From Chrysomallon squamiferum (lineage: Eukaryota > Animalia > Mollusca), in assembly GCA_012295275.1 (NCBI GenBank), contig CM022667.1, forward strand, positions 14,570,001 through 14,634,000: a stretch of DNA of 64,000 nucleotides, read 5' to 3'. The position numbers were made by a program, and so were the translations under genes. The notes under the pieces are model-generated. The model saw only the letters and a list, made by a program, of their open reading frames with translations, was not told the origin of the DNA and made no database searches. This document shows, piece by piece, positions 27,308-40,090 of the stretch (positions are counted from its first letter, which is position 1; each line of letters begins with the position of its first letter).

Positions 27308-27796
27308 GCAACTTCTAGTACTACCGTTACTACTACAGATAGATGGTAAATCATATGTTAGAATTTAAAAGTTCAGTTTGGTAAAGGTTAAACCTCTTTT
27401 TGTTTTCCTCAGTTTTCGTCACGAAGACTGAATGAATTAAGCAGTCTTTTAATAATGTTTTTTGATTTTGCTGCTACTGTTACTAATACATCTACTATTA
27501 CTACTAATGTTAGTGCTGCTGCTGCTACTACTACTAGAAATACTGATACTAAAATAACTACTAGTACTTCTACTGTTACTTCTACTATCGCTACTGTTAC
27601 TACTACTACTACTACTACTACTATTATTCTAGTACTACTTTTACTGCTATTACTTCTAGTACTAGGATAGGTGATAAATCATATATTAGAATTTAAGAGT
27701 TCAGTTTGGTATAGGTTTAACCAATTTTTGTTTTGCTCACTTTTCGTCATGCAGATTCGAATTAAGTCTTCTTTTAATCAGATTGTTTTGATTTTG
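27155..27796 (+). repeat. Diverged tandem duplication (~328-bp period): (ACT)n tract plus ~130-bp unique block (27338-27470 and 27666-27796)
   Basis: Shared TAAATCATAT.TTAGAATTTAA.AGTTCAGTTTGGTA.AGGTT, TTTTTGTTTT.CTCA.TTTTCGTCA, GAATTAAG and TTTTGATTTTG. Confidence 0.9.
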
Positions 27797-27944
27797 ATAT
27801 GGACTTCTCAGTTGAGTACATTTCAAATCACGTCCTGAACGAACACTAATCTGGACGTATAAAAGCGTGATGGAATTCTAGATAGATATATCAATCAATG
27901 TATAGGTGTATGTATCAGAAAAATTCCGTTTTCATAGATAAATT

Positions 27945-27946
<2 letters not shown>

Positions 27947-28030
<84 letters not shown>
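27947..28030. repeat. (TC)n microsatellite
   Basis: Directly visible. Confidence 0.97.
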
Positions 28031-28033
<3 letters not shown>

Positions 28034-28294
28034 CTCACTCGTTCTTTATATCACTCTCTCCTATTTCTTTCTGTCTAACTCTCTCTCTTTCTTTCTGTCT
28101 TCGTCCGTAGCTGTGTCTTTCTGTCTCTCTGCCTACCCCTCAGACTGACGGTCTCTCTGTGTGTCTCAATTTGAACTCGGAGCCGCAAAATTTCTTCACA
28201 TTCATCTAACTCACCACACGCGAACTGAAAATCGTAAAAACCTCAGAGACCGTACACAGAGATTATTACCAGGGATCTGTGAAAAAAAAAAACA

Positions 28295-28430
28295 ATACCG
28301 ATGTTACGGACTCGGCGATTGGTCAGTGAGAAACACTCGGGCTCGACAGGCCGCAACTCTGCAGGCTTGTTACGGACGTGCTCATTGGTCAGTTCTGGCT
28401 TGGCGTTCGCGGGCCGCGCTTCCAGTTGTG
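28295..28430 (+). promoter_or_regulatory. Putative TATA-less promoter with two CCAAT (ATTGG) modules and an Inr-like TCCAGTT
   Basis: ATTGGTCAGT at 28318-28327 and 28384-28393, each preceded by TGTTACGGAC; GC-rich GTTCGCGGGCCGCGC; TCCAGTT at 28421-28427. Confidence 0.55.
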
Positions 28431-28596
28431 TTCCGTATATCAAAGATGTAATGAACTGACGATCGATGGGAACCAATCTCTTGAACTGCGAGATCGGACT
28501 GACGTTCTCTGGGAATGTATCTATCAAACAGTTCAGTTTGTCTGTCATGTTGTGTGTGAAGGATATTTCTGTTTAAGGGAATATCTCGTTTCTGAG
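28424..28596 (+). other. Putative non-coding first exon (5' UTR with short uORFs)
   Basis: Follows the promoter-like island and ends in a consensus donor GAG|GTAAGT (28596/28597), after which the sequence is abruptly T-rich. The ATGs inside hit stops before the donor. The start coordinate is approximate. Confidence 0.5.
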
Positions 28597-29261
28597 GTAA
28601 GTTTTTGACTTCTTTTTTTTTTAAATTATTTTCTTTGTTACTAATCATCTCTCAACTTCGTGATATTAATCATTAGTGTTATATCTAATTTCTTATTAAA
28701 ATATGTTTTTTAATACAGGTATATGGGTTTTTTTAAATTTTTTATTTTTAAGTATTATTTTTGAAAATTGTATTTTGATGACTGTTACTTTTTTTTTTTT
28801 TTTTGAGGGTATTTTCTTTAATGTTTCTTTTTTTGTAAGTATTAAGACTTTTTAAAAACTCTAAAACTTAGATTTCATTTGAATTATTCCGCGAAAAGTT
28901 TTTGACAGAAGTTGTGTGTTTAAATTACATACAAAAAAAAAAAAAAAAAAAAAAAAAGTTTAGATTGTTTTAATGCATTTTGTTGCTTTGTATTACTAAG
29001 ATAAAGAAGATCAAGACCTTTTTTCCGTTATTTTTTTTTTTTTTATCATTATTAATTTTTTATAATCATCCAGTTATACATACAACACCTTATCTAGATA
29101 CATTTAGTTACTAAGAAGCGTTTTTAAAAACTTTATTCATTGTTATTATTTTAATATAAAATAGATTTAGTAAAAAAATTTAAGTCGAGGAAGAATAAAG
29201 TAATATTCTAAAAATTGTTTTAGTATAAAATAAAGTAGCGTAATCTAAACGATATAGATAA

Positions 29262-29392
29262 CCCCGTTATAAAAATATTGTTATAAAAGTTACCGTTATA
29301 AAGATATTGTTATAAAATACCGTTATAAAGATACTTTTATATATAAAAGGAATATTTTAAAGATGCCGTGATAAAAAGAACAGTTAATAAAA
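29262..29392. repeat. Degenerate ~14-bp tandem repeat (ACCGTTATAAAGAT / ATTGTTATAAAA..) with a dimeric pattern
   Basis: GTTATAAA recurs about every 14 bp, with alternating CC and TT prefixes in the first units. Confidence 0.8.
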
Positions 29393-30020
29393 CATGCAAT
29401 ATACAGTTCAACATTAACATTTACATTCCTGAAGAAATGTAACTATTTCTAATGATAATAGCAAGAACATTTTTATGTGACAGAAATAAAACGTCTTAGC
29501 AATAAACATATTTTTACTTTTTCTTTAAATGAATTTACATTCCGCCAAAAAAATATTAAAAAATAAAAAGAAAGAAAGAAAGTTAAATATCTTTATTTAA
29601 CAGCCTTGTTTAAAGACACCTGAAAGAGTAAGAACAAATATTGGCTGTGAATCCTTAATAAACATACATCATTAAATTCAACTTACAACCTGAAGCACAC
29701 TTTTTTTTTTTCAACAAATTACAATAGCGAAGAATCTGAAAATACAGCAGCAAAAGTGCTTTTATGCCAAAACATAAGAGTAGAGAAGTTTTAAAATAAA
29801 CCGTTCTGCATCAAGAGCACTTTTAATCCTAAAATTTTTTTTTAGCGAAATTTCATAAAATAAACCAAATTACAACAGAGAAGACTTTTAAAATGTATCG
29901 TACAGCATCAAAATCGCTTTTATTCCAAACAATTACATTAAAGTAAATCATACAGCAGCAAGAACGCTTTTCGTATTTCTTGAGCCGCGGCAGAGAATCT
30001 ATCACTTGTTCCCTCTGCAG

Positions 30021-30056
30021 TCTATTGGCTAAAAGTTCACCGAGTTGATTCACCAG
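30021..30056 (+). other. Candidate 36-nt exon
   Basis: Acceptor CACTTGTTCCCTCTGCAG| at 30020 and donor CAG|GTAAAT at 30057; 1.4 kb downstream of the donor at 28597. Confidence 0.3.
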
Positions 30057-30312
30057 GTAAATATTTAATATATTTTTGTATTTAACACTGGAGAGGAACA
30101 GCGACTGTGAATAATTGATATACATTCATATTTAATATTTCTAACTATTGTCTCAGTTTAAAGTGCCTGTTTACACGTTATCTCTGCAGTGCCAGGTCAC
30201 TGGCAAGGCAAAGCTGGGTGGGACCAGAAACGACCAGGATTTAGATGGTTTTTCACGGTTTTCTGGATCAAGGCTCAATGCGTTTGCTTCAGTACTTACG
30301 ACCTTTGCGAAT

Positions 30313-30372
30313 TACTTACGTTCGTACTTACGTTCGTACTTACGTTCATACTTACGTTTGTACTTACGATCA
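30313..30372. repeat. 5 x 12-bp tandem repeat TACTTACGTTCG
   Basis: Units at 30313, 30325, 30337, 30349 and 30361. Confidence 0.95.
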
Positions 30373-30427
30373 TAACAAGAAGAAGAACAACAAAAAAATA
30401 AATAAATAAATAAAAAAAAAAAAATAA

Positions 30428-30481
<54 letters not shown>

Positions 30482-31467
30482 CAAAATAGAGAAAAGGCAA
30501 AAAAAAAATATATATATACGTTATTTGGGTAATATTAAGAAATAAAGAAATTTAAGTAAATTCCGATTAACATCCATTCCGATTTACGTTCGATCGCCAA
30601 GAACGTAAACAGGTCGTAAGTAGGGTACTTAAACTACAAACTAAACAGTGATAAGTGAAGAACCAAAGTGTATCTATCTAACAGATACAAGTGAAATATA
30701 CTTTTTCAAAGCCGGTTCTCCGTTAAATCATGTCTTCCAGAAGGAGGAGGGGGACTCCTGCCTGTATATTACACAATATATAAATTTAATACACGATAAT
30801 CCATTGTTTCCGAATCTTCGGATTCAATTAGTGACTGCGAAAAATCTATATAACATTGTCCGTCATTTAATACAGGCAATTATAACTAATCTAGATTTAC
30901 TTAACTTGTAATGCTTTGTTATGTAAGCCGATTCATTATTTAATAATGTTGACTAAGGAAAGCAATTAGAAATGAATTTTCAGGGAATATGACTGAACAA
31001 TAAATAAGTAACAATAATCACCTATTTTATTTATTTCCTTCCTTCTTTCTTTCATTCTTTCGTTCTTTCTTTCTTTCTTTCTTTTTTCTTTCTTTCTTCT
31101 TCTTTCTTCTTCTTCTTCTTCTTCTTCTTATTTCTTCTTCTTCTTCTTATTATTATTTTGCAGCAGTTGTACTATTTTAATTTCTGTTACTTTAATTTTG
31201 CGATTTATATTTTGACTGATACAATTGTTTTTACGTGATCCGCTGATTCTTTCTTTATTCCTCCACTCCTATAAATCGCACATTATTGTTTTTTTGTCAG
31301 TAATTATTATTCACGAAGCAACAATAGTCGTCCACGTCTTATAAGACTGAGTCACTCAGTCTGTATGCACAATTATCGTCGTATCAGTTACTGAATGTTA
31401 TTAATCCATAAGTAATAAACACTGAAGAATTATTGGGATTACTGATTCTTTAATAAAATAAAGTTCA

Positions 31468-31468
<1 letters not shown>

Positions 31469-31533
<65 letters not shown>

Positions 31534-31564
31534 AAGAAGAAGAAGAAGAAGAAGAAGAAGAAGA
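31469..31564. repeat. Compound (AAT)n(AAG)n microsatellite
   Basis: Directly visible. Confidence 0.96.
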
Positions 31565-31799
31565 ATCATCTCTGTATGAAAGTTTATGCCACAGTTAATC
31601 CTTTTATATTCGAAAGTAATCTCTTTCTCCCGTTCTAGCTACTGCTCCACAACCTTTTTATCAGATATATATATAAATATATACAAATAATATTTGTTTT
31701 GCTTTTTCTTTCTTTCATTTAATTTCATTATCGTATAGGACACTTGATAACTGGTAATATTAAAAAGTTTTAATAAGTCGTTAAACAATATTCCTTCGA

Positions 31800-31945
31800 C
31801 TGTTTCATCGCTCGATCGTTCGTTCGCTCTTTCGTAACATTTGTTCTTTCATTCACTCGTTCATTCGTTTGTTCACTCTTTCGTTCGTTCGTTCTCTCAC
31901 TTGTTCGTTCGCACGTTCCTTCTTTTATTTTTCCGTTCGATCGTA
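31800..31945. repeat. Degenerate (TTCG)n tetranucleotide tract
   Basis: Repeated TTCG/TTCA/CTCG units. Confidence 0.8.
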
Positions 31946-32194
31946 CTAAAAAAACAAACAGCTGTTACAAAAATAACAGTGTCAATATGAAACATTTAAA
32001 CATAACTACACGATTAGAGAGAAAGACGTCAGAGATTAAACTTTTATAAAATAATCAATAACGTCGTTTAAAATAAATTAGTGCTTTTGGTGCCAAAATA
32101 AAATAAAAATAAAAATAAAATAGAGACAAATAAAAAATAATAATAAAAAGAAAAAGAAAAGAAAAAAGAAACTGATGCAATATAATAATAATTA

Positions 32195-32232
32195 TTATTA
32201 TTATACTGCTACTATTACTACTACTACTACTT

Positions 32233-32293
<61 letters not shown>

Positions 32294-32402
32294 TACTACT
32301 ATTACTACTACTACTACTACAACTACTACTACTACTACTACTACTACTATTATTACTACTACTGGTACTGCTGCTACTACTACTACTACTAATAATAATA
32401 AT
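32195..32402. repeat. (ACT)n microsatellite
   Basis: Directly visible. Confidence 0.95.
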
Positions 32403-33486
32403 AAAAAGACAAAAACAAATAAAGAAATAAATAAAAAAAAAAAAGAACGAACGAAAAGAAGGAAAATAGAATAAAATAAATGAATGGAGAGGAAACTGAA
32501 AGAAACGTGCGTTACTGCTGTCTTCATTACTATCATCATTACTATCATCATCATTACTATCATCAAAAATCATCATTACTATCATTAAAAATCATTACTA
32601 TCATCATCACTATCATTATCATTATTATCACCGTGATCATTGTTATCAACATCATTACTGTCATCGATATAACCACAGCTATCTCCCCGGCACCATTAAA
32701 ACCAAATCATTATCAGATCCGCGAATTCAAGAAAAAGCCAGAGCCATCATGATAATCTGAAAACAATTTATTCTTGATACGTTTTCGTCATTTTATTATG
32801 ATTATTTATGATTATTATGATTATTATTATTATTAATATTTTTATTTTATTTTATTTTATTATTATTTTTTTTTAAATAGTTCATCGACTAGCATACAAA
32901 AGAGATTTAGAAAAACTAAATTAACTTTCAGAATAAGATAACTGAAATTGAGACTCGTTTTGTTTTAACTAATCGAATCGTGGTTGTCACAAATAATGTA
33001 TCAGTGAAACAGAAAATTATGATCACAGTATTAAAACACATTGAAAATATTTCTTTATTTTTAATTTTATGATGTGCACTGTTCGTTTTGTTCTGCAACA
33101 TACGTGTTAATAATCGCTTATAAGAAATCATGAAATTCAAAATGTTTCGAGTAGACCAGATGATGGATGATACCTTTCAGTTTCCGAACGGTTTAGTGTA
33201 GATCGTCTCTATTTTATTCATAAAATTATTAAAACAATATTATACAAATGTACATACGGATGTTAATAGAAGATGTATATGAAATATAAATCAATTTTGT
33301 GTTAAGATTTCGTCCATTACTCAAGCTGTGTCCTTGTATTCTAAAATCCAGGATATTCCCAATCACGGATAAAGGATATCTAACGTGATTTTAACATAAA
33401 GACTTTATGTTTGTATTTGAAATAACCTATATAAACAATCTGACGTAAATATAATACTTCTTAAATATTAATTTTAAGAGTAATGT

Positions 33487-33528
33487 TTTTGTTTTAACGA
33501 CGACATTAAAATGCACTGAATAATTACG
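33487..33528 (-). mobile_element. SINE 3'-tail fragment (same family as 56768-56943)
   Basis: Reverse complement AATGTCGTCGTTAAAACAAAA versus AATGCGTCGTTAAAACAAAA at ~56907-56926. Confidence 0.4.
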
Positions 33529-35100
33529 TATGTTAAATGAAATAACGATAAATCAAAAAAACAAAAAAGAAAAAAAAAGAAAGAATACAAATGACAGGAA
33601 AAGAAAAGAAAAAGAAAATAATCAAAAGAAGAAGACTAAAACCTACGGATCTACGCTAATCGTTAAAAGTACAGTCTCTATAGACAAGTAACACTTTAAT
33701 TCCTACGGGAAAAATAATCAATTAACGTGTAAATAAGAATAATCAAACTAAATCCAAAATTATTCCAGTGTTGAATACAATTAATACAATCTGCCTTACG
33801 TAAAACACGTACTGAACGCTGTTATTCAAACTGTGTATGGATTAACAACGTGTGTATGTATATAGGAACTGAACACACTAAATTTATCGCTAGAGCTAAA
33901 ATAGAGACACATATTGTCATTATTCCAGCACTGTATTAATAATTGTGAATACCTCAGAGCCATTTCTATGGACCATCGCACTGTGCACACAACTATAATT
34001 CTTTTAATAGCATCTGCTGTATGTAGTGAAAGTGCCATGCTTTCACGTACGTTTCTGTTTTAATGTTAACGTTACATTCACAGGCTCCAGTCGATGGCGT
34101 TAATAGTTGTTTCACAGAAAAACAAATCGCGTTTGAAATTATTTCTACCATTCGACGTAGTTTAATCATTGTCATTAATTAGTGCTTGTTTACAACGCGC
34201 ACGTAAAAACCAAACAAGTTTCTAATAATTAGTTTACTTTCAGCGTTTTAATCATTTCATCTAATCATTCCTCGTGTTTCACGAATTTCTTTTTATTTTA
34301 TTTTATTATTATTTTTTTTTTTTGGTTTACCAATTAATTCCTTTGGAATACATACATATATATATATATATAATTTTTTTTTTTTTCACTTATCTGTTCT
34401 TATTTCTTATTTTTCTCTTCTTATTTTCAAAGTGTTGCTTAAAAAAAATAGATAATAATACTAAAAACAAAAAAAAATTATTCTTTCACGATATAACTAT
34501 CGATTATCGAGTTTCATAACTAGTTGCAATTATTAGCAATTTTCTTTTTCGTTTTCTTTATCATCTTGTTTGGTCGTTAGTTTCTTTAAATCTTTTTTTT
34601 TTTTCATAACTAAATTTCTAAAACAACTTTCAGTGCGTCATTGGTTTCCTAAGAACTATTAAATTCTCCGGTATTGACTTGAATTCAAAGAAAAACAAAT
34701 TTCAATTAGTTTTCCATAATGGCTAATTTTTGTTCTTTCTCCTACAATTTTTTTCTTTCTTATTTTTATTTTCAAGGTTTCCTTCGACATTTCCTTTATT
34801 CTCTAACAAAGTTTCTCTGTCACTCCTTTTTTTTTTTTGTTTTTTTTTGCTTTCTTCATTTATTTCTAATTATAATATTATCTCTGAGTTTTCATTGTTG
34901 ATTAACTTACAAATTTCTCAACAGTATTTTAAAAGTAAACAGGCATTTATATATATATATATATATATCATATACATCTATGAGTATAAGCATGTGTCAA
35001 CATCATTAAAATAAATAAATAAATAAATAAAACAATATTAATAATAATTTACACACGCTCATATGCATAGACAGACAGATAAACAGACAGAGAGACAGAT

Positions 35101-35239
<139 letters not shown>

Positions 35240-35910
35240 ACCATTTATCAAGGAATGCACAGTCATTTTCCAGATATCATAAACACTTGTTTACGAAGAC
35301 AGAAAAATAATATGTAAAATAAATTAATAATTTAAAAAGAATTCTGAACTTTAGGAATTTGGCTACGAATGATGGCAGCTTGAAAAGAACAGTCGTAAAC
35401 AGAACAGTTCTTAATAATAATAATAGTAATAATGTATTCCAGTAATTCTGTTGTTTACAACACACCACACACGCAGCAAACACTGAAAAACTGCGTAATT
35501 ATACTGAACTGTGGAATTCTGTATGATTACTTCAACAAGTGGTCATTCAGAGTGATTGCTATTTAAACAGCCTCGACCGTAGCCTTCACTGGTCGTCAAT
35601 TTTAGTATTATTTCTATACCGGAATTCTATTTATTTCTGAGGCAAATGCACAGGCAGGCTTTCTTCATGTTCTTATTAAATAAACCTGTGTTATATTAAT
35701 AATGTTATGAACAGACATGCCACACTTCTTTGGACGTGATCACGTTTGAAAATGTTTAACCGAAGAACTGTACCTTTGGTTATAGAGAGCAACAGAATAA
35801 ATAATTATATTCTGAATTATTTTAACTAATTTATTTATTATTGTTATTTTATTTTATTTCAATTATTTATATAATATAATATTAACAGAAGAGTACATTT
35901 TCAAAAATCT

Positions 35911-36030
35911 GTGCGCCGCCATTTTTGTCCCCTATCGTAATGACGTCATAACATACAGGGAGAAAAGAAAAACAGCATCTATGACTACCCCGCGTACGCG
36001 ATGTCGTAACGACTCCACTTGTGACGGAGT
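35911..36030. promoter_or_regulatory. YY1-like and CRE motif pair in a CpG-rich patch (regulatory site or MITE remnant)
   Basis: GCCGCCATTTT at 35915-35925, palindromic ATGACGTCAT at 35940-35949, and a CGCGTACGCG palindrome nearby. Confidence 0.35.
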
Positions 36031-36571
36031 AAAAAGAAGACTTTCACATGGATTTATTATCATAGTTTGTTACGAGCGATGTTAGGTCCTCTAAAATAAT
36101 CAAATAATAAACTGGAACATTAAACTAATTTTATTAAACCATTTCCTATCAGCACACGAAGTGTTTGAATCGCGAGATGCTGTTATGGTGAAGAACATGC
36201 TCTCGGTGCTGCTGTTTTGAATACAAATCCATATACTCCGTTCTAGAACTGGGAAAAGAAAGCTCTGTACTTGATGCTGGAGTACTAAGAGTATTTTCAG
36301 ATGTGGCGAGTTTAACACTGGGTTAGTGAAAAGAATTAGACACTATTCATGTTCGGAAATGTGAGTGAGATTTAGTGTGGAGAAAATGAGTTGTTTTGCA
36401 TGCAAACAAACATCTTGATGTGCATGGAAATTTTCACATATGACCGTGCGATTGTTAATGAATTTTAAGTGCTTTAGTATTGAAAAATTGTTTCTTTTTT
36501 TCGAAATGTTTATTTATTATTTTATCTATCTGCATTAGCAGTACCAAAATTTATAGCACGACGAGACAGAC

Positions 36572-36695
<124 letters not shown>

Positions 36696-37116
36696 TATGT
36701 AACAAGTTTTAAATGACTATTTTACAGAATTAAAGAACATATATGAATCTGCTATTATATTTTTCTTTTGTTCTAACAAAACAATTACAAGCATTGTCTT
36801 GTAGCTGGACAAATATAGAAAGGAATTTTGTTTGACAATAAGCGCATCTGTTGTCATTAGCTGACATTTGGCAATGTCTAGAGATATGCAGAGATAGAAA
36901 ACCTGACTGAAGAAAGGAATGCAGAATGAAATAAAATAAAATAGATGAATATAGCAAGAATGTATGCAATATTTAGAATAACGTGTCACTGGAAGAAAAC
37001 AAAAATTATTATTATTATTATTTGGTAGTAGTAGTAGTAATTGTAATAGTAATATAAGTGTGGTAGTGTAAGTATCAGGAAACAAAAAGAAGAAAGAAAA
37101 AAGAAAACCTAGAGAA

Positions 37117-37172
<56 letters not shown>

Positions 37173-38249
37173 TTATGATGATGATAATAAAAATGTTAGT
37201 AGTGGCTGTTGTCGGGATAACAACAACAACAAAGTAACATTAATCGTCAAAAACTGAGTCATCTAGTGACGATAAAAAATAAAAAAACCTCCAAGCTGCC
37301 AATTTCATATTCCGAGTCAGTGAGCTGGTGTCAACATTCATATTCTGCTGTCATTACGTACAACATCCGACAAAAAAATCTGAAAGAAAATCTGATCATG
37401 CATAGCGGAATCAACAGTAAATATGACGTTTAGACGATAGCTTTGACAGAAAAGGGACAAAAAAAAAAAATATTAATAATAAAAAATAAAAAATAAATAA
37501 ATAAAGTACACTGCTACGCTTCCTGTCGCGCGGCAGAAATCTGGGAACCAGTGGACGCCGTGAAAAAAAAAAAAAAAAATGAGAAACTGTTCTCTATACG
37601 ACTTACGCGGATTATCGAAAACGACCCTGTCGTTCTCCGATCGTATGATTCATAACATTTTTATGATTACTATTGCATGGCATCGTCGTATTTCTTTCAA
37701 CGAGGCCCATTTCCGAGATTTATTGGCCACATCACCTTAGCAAAGGATATGAAGAAGTGAGCTTTATTCGCCGGTTCACGGGCGAGCGAAACAGATAACT
37801 TCTCGTTAAACGGTTTTTATTAACAACACAGAGCAAAAGAAAATCTATTTAGCAGAAAGAATCTGCTGAAGCGAGAGAATGTGAAAACATAACTGCCGAA
37901 CGCCCAGTTCCTCAATCTATTTCATCTTTGTCGAGTATTTTTCTATTTGATAAAGCAGTTTACGGTTCTTGGGGTGTCGCTTGAAAGCTGTCATGCTTTC
38001 AGCACTTAATTAACACACATTCATTATAGCTGTTTGTAGTTGCCGCAGAGAGGAAATATTCAGCAAAGAGCAAGAGATTTTTGTTGTGTAAATAACGTAC
38101 AAAAAAATTTAGTTTTTTTTAGAAAGATACTTTTAAATGTGACATATACATTCTTATGCAGCGCAACATATCCATAAAATCACAGATAAAGCATTATGTG
38201 TGCAAAAACTACTCGCTGAAATACACAGGACTCGCAAAATCAGAAATGG

Positions 38250-38381
38250 CATACATACATACATACATAATACATTCATACATACGTACGTACGTACGTA
38301 CATACATACATACATACATACATACATACATACATACATACATACATACATACATACATACATACATACATACATACATAC
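38250..38381. repeat. (TACA)n microsatellite with an internal (TACG)n patch
   Basis: Directly visible. Confidence 0.96.
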
Positions 38382-39061
38382 TTTAATAATTACATCCAAA
38401 TATAAAATTAACCTTATATTCGTAAACACCAAAACTCATTATCTATCTATCTGTCTATCTATGTGTATATATATGTGTGTGTGTGTGTGTGTGAACGGAA
38501 AAGAAACCCACTCACACATGCACACACACATGTACACACCCATACACACATACACACTTATATACACGTTCAGAACACACAAACCAACATTCATGAAACG
38601 CAAACAAATGAAATCCTAATTACACTTTTTTTTGTATGTGTTAAACTGAACATCAGTTTATTAATATGTTTCACCTGCCTCTGTGTAAACAAGAATATAG
38701 ATCACTGGAGCACGAATATTATTATTAATTAATATTTCTAATTAAGCTCCGACTAACGTGTACCAGTTATTAATCTGTGCTCGTTAATAATTAAAATCAG
38801 CTTAAAGATATGCAAACAGTTCACTGTAATAATAACAATATGGCGAATGGCTCTCGTTATAGAAAATTTAAAGGAATCGCTTCTTTTGTTTAGAATTTTT
38901 ATTTTCATGCAAGGCCAAAAATATTTTATCGATGATTTCTCGCAATGTCGTCGATGACGTTGGTTAAGATTACGACATCGTTTTAAATACTTCGTCTCAA
39001 ACAACAGTAATAAATAAATAAATAAAAAAAATAAAAATAAAAAAAAAAAAAAAAAAAAAAA

Positions 39062-39104
<43 letters not shown>

Positions 39105-39840
39105 GTAGAGAAAAAAAAAAAAATAACGGAACCCTCAGCCGCTCAGTAATTCTCGACCGAGATTTGCTGCAGATATATCGAAAAAAAAGAAGAAAATGCA
39201 ACACATCTTACAAGGTATCTAAGTCTTTGCCTTTTTGTATTCTTCCTGCAGAAGCCAATTTGCAATCATGGTTGTGTCGCACACGTTCAAGGCCCCTCTG
39301 GGAAATAAAAAGGCCAGTGAAGATTTTGACTATTTCCTATATGTTTGTAATAACTGTGTTCTATATAATTACGTGCGCATGGGCTTGCAAACAGATTGAT
39401 AGCAATGAGGAGCATATTCATAGAACGAGTGATGATTTAAAATCACATTTCCCTGATTAAAAAAAATATTTAAAAAAAAGAAGAAAGAAATGAGGGCGAA
39501 TGCAATATAGAAAGAACGAAACTAAGGAAGAAGATGTAACAAGAGATGAAAGGAAAAGAGAGAAATAAAGATAGATAATAAATGGGTTAGAGAGATGACT
39601 ATATATATAGACAGATAAACAGACAAACAATTTGATAGACTGACAGGCAGAAGATGGAAAAATAAACAAGTACAAAAGTAATAAAAAATAATAAAAATGA
39701 ATTTGTCTTATTACAAAAAAAAAATAAATAAATAAATAAAAAAAAAAAAAAAAAAAAAAAAAAGGAAAGAAAAAAGAAAAATAAAGAATAAGAATAATGA
39801 GGTTTCAATACTGCAGTTTGTTTTCAGGCCAACGCACCGA

Positions 39841-39850
39841 ATTATTATTA

Positions 39851-39911
<61 letters not shown>

Positions 39912-40020
39912 CATTGTTGTTGTTGTTGTTATCGTTATATCTCAAAACAATATATAAATAATTAAAAAAATAGAACAACAAAAAAACCCCAGCAACAACA
40001 AATAAGTAAGCAAGTTAGTT

Positions 40021-40069
<49 letters not shown>

Positions 40070-40090
40070 AAATAAATAAATAAACAAATA
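39841..40090. repeat. (ATT)n(GTT)n and (AAGT)n(AAAT)n microsatellites
   Basis: Directly visible. Confidence 0.92.

Noticed and set aside
31900-31916. miR-375-like TTGTTCGTTCG
   Set aside because: Part of a degenerate (TTCG)n tract, with no hairpin partner.
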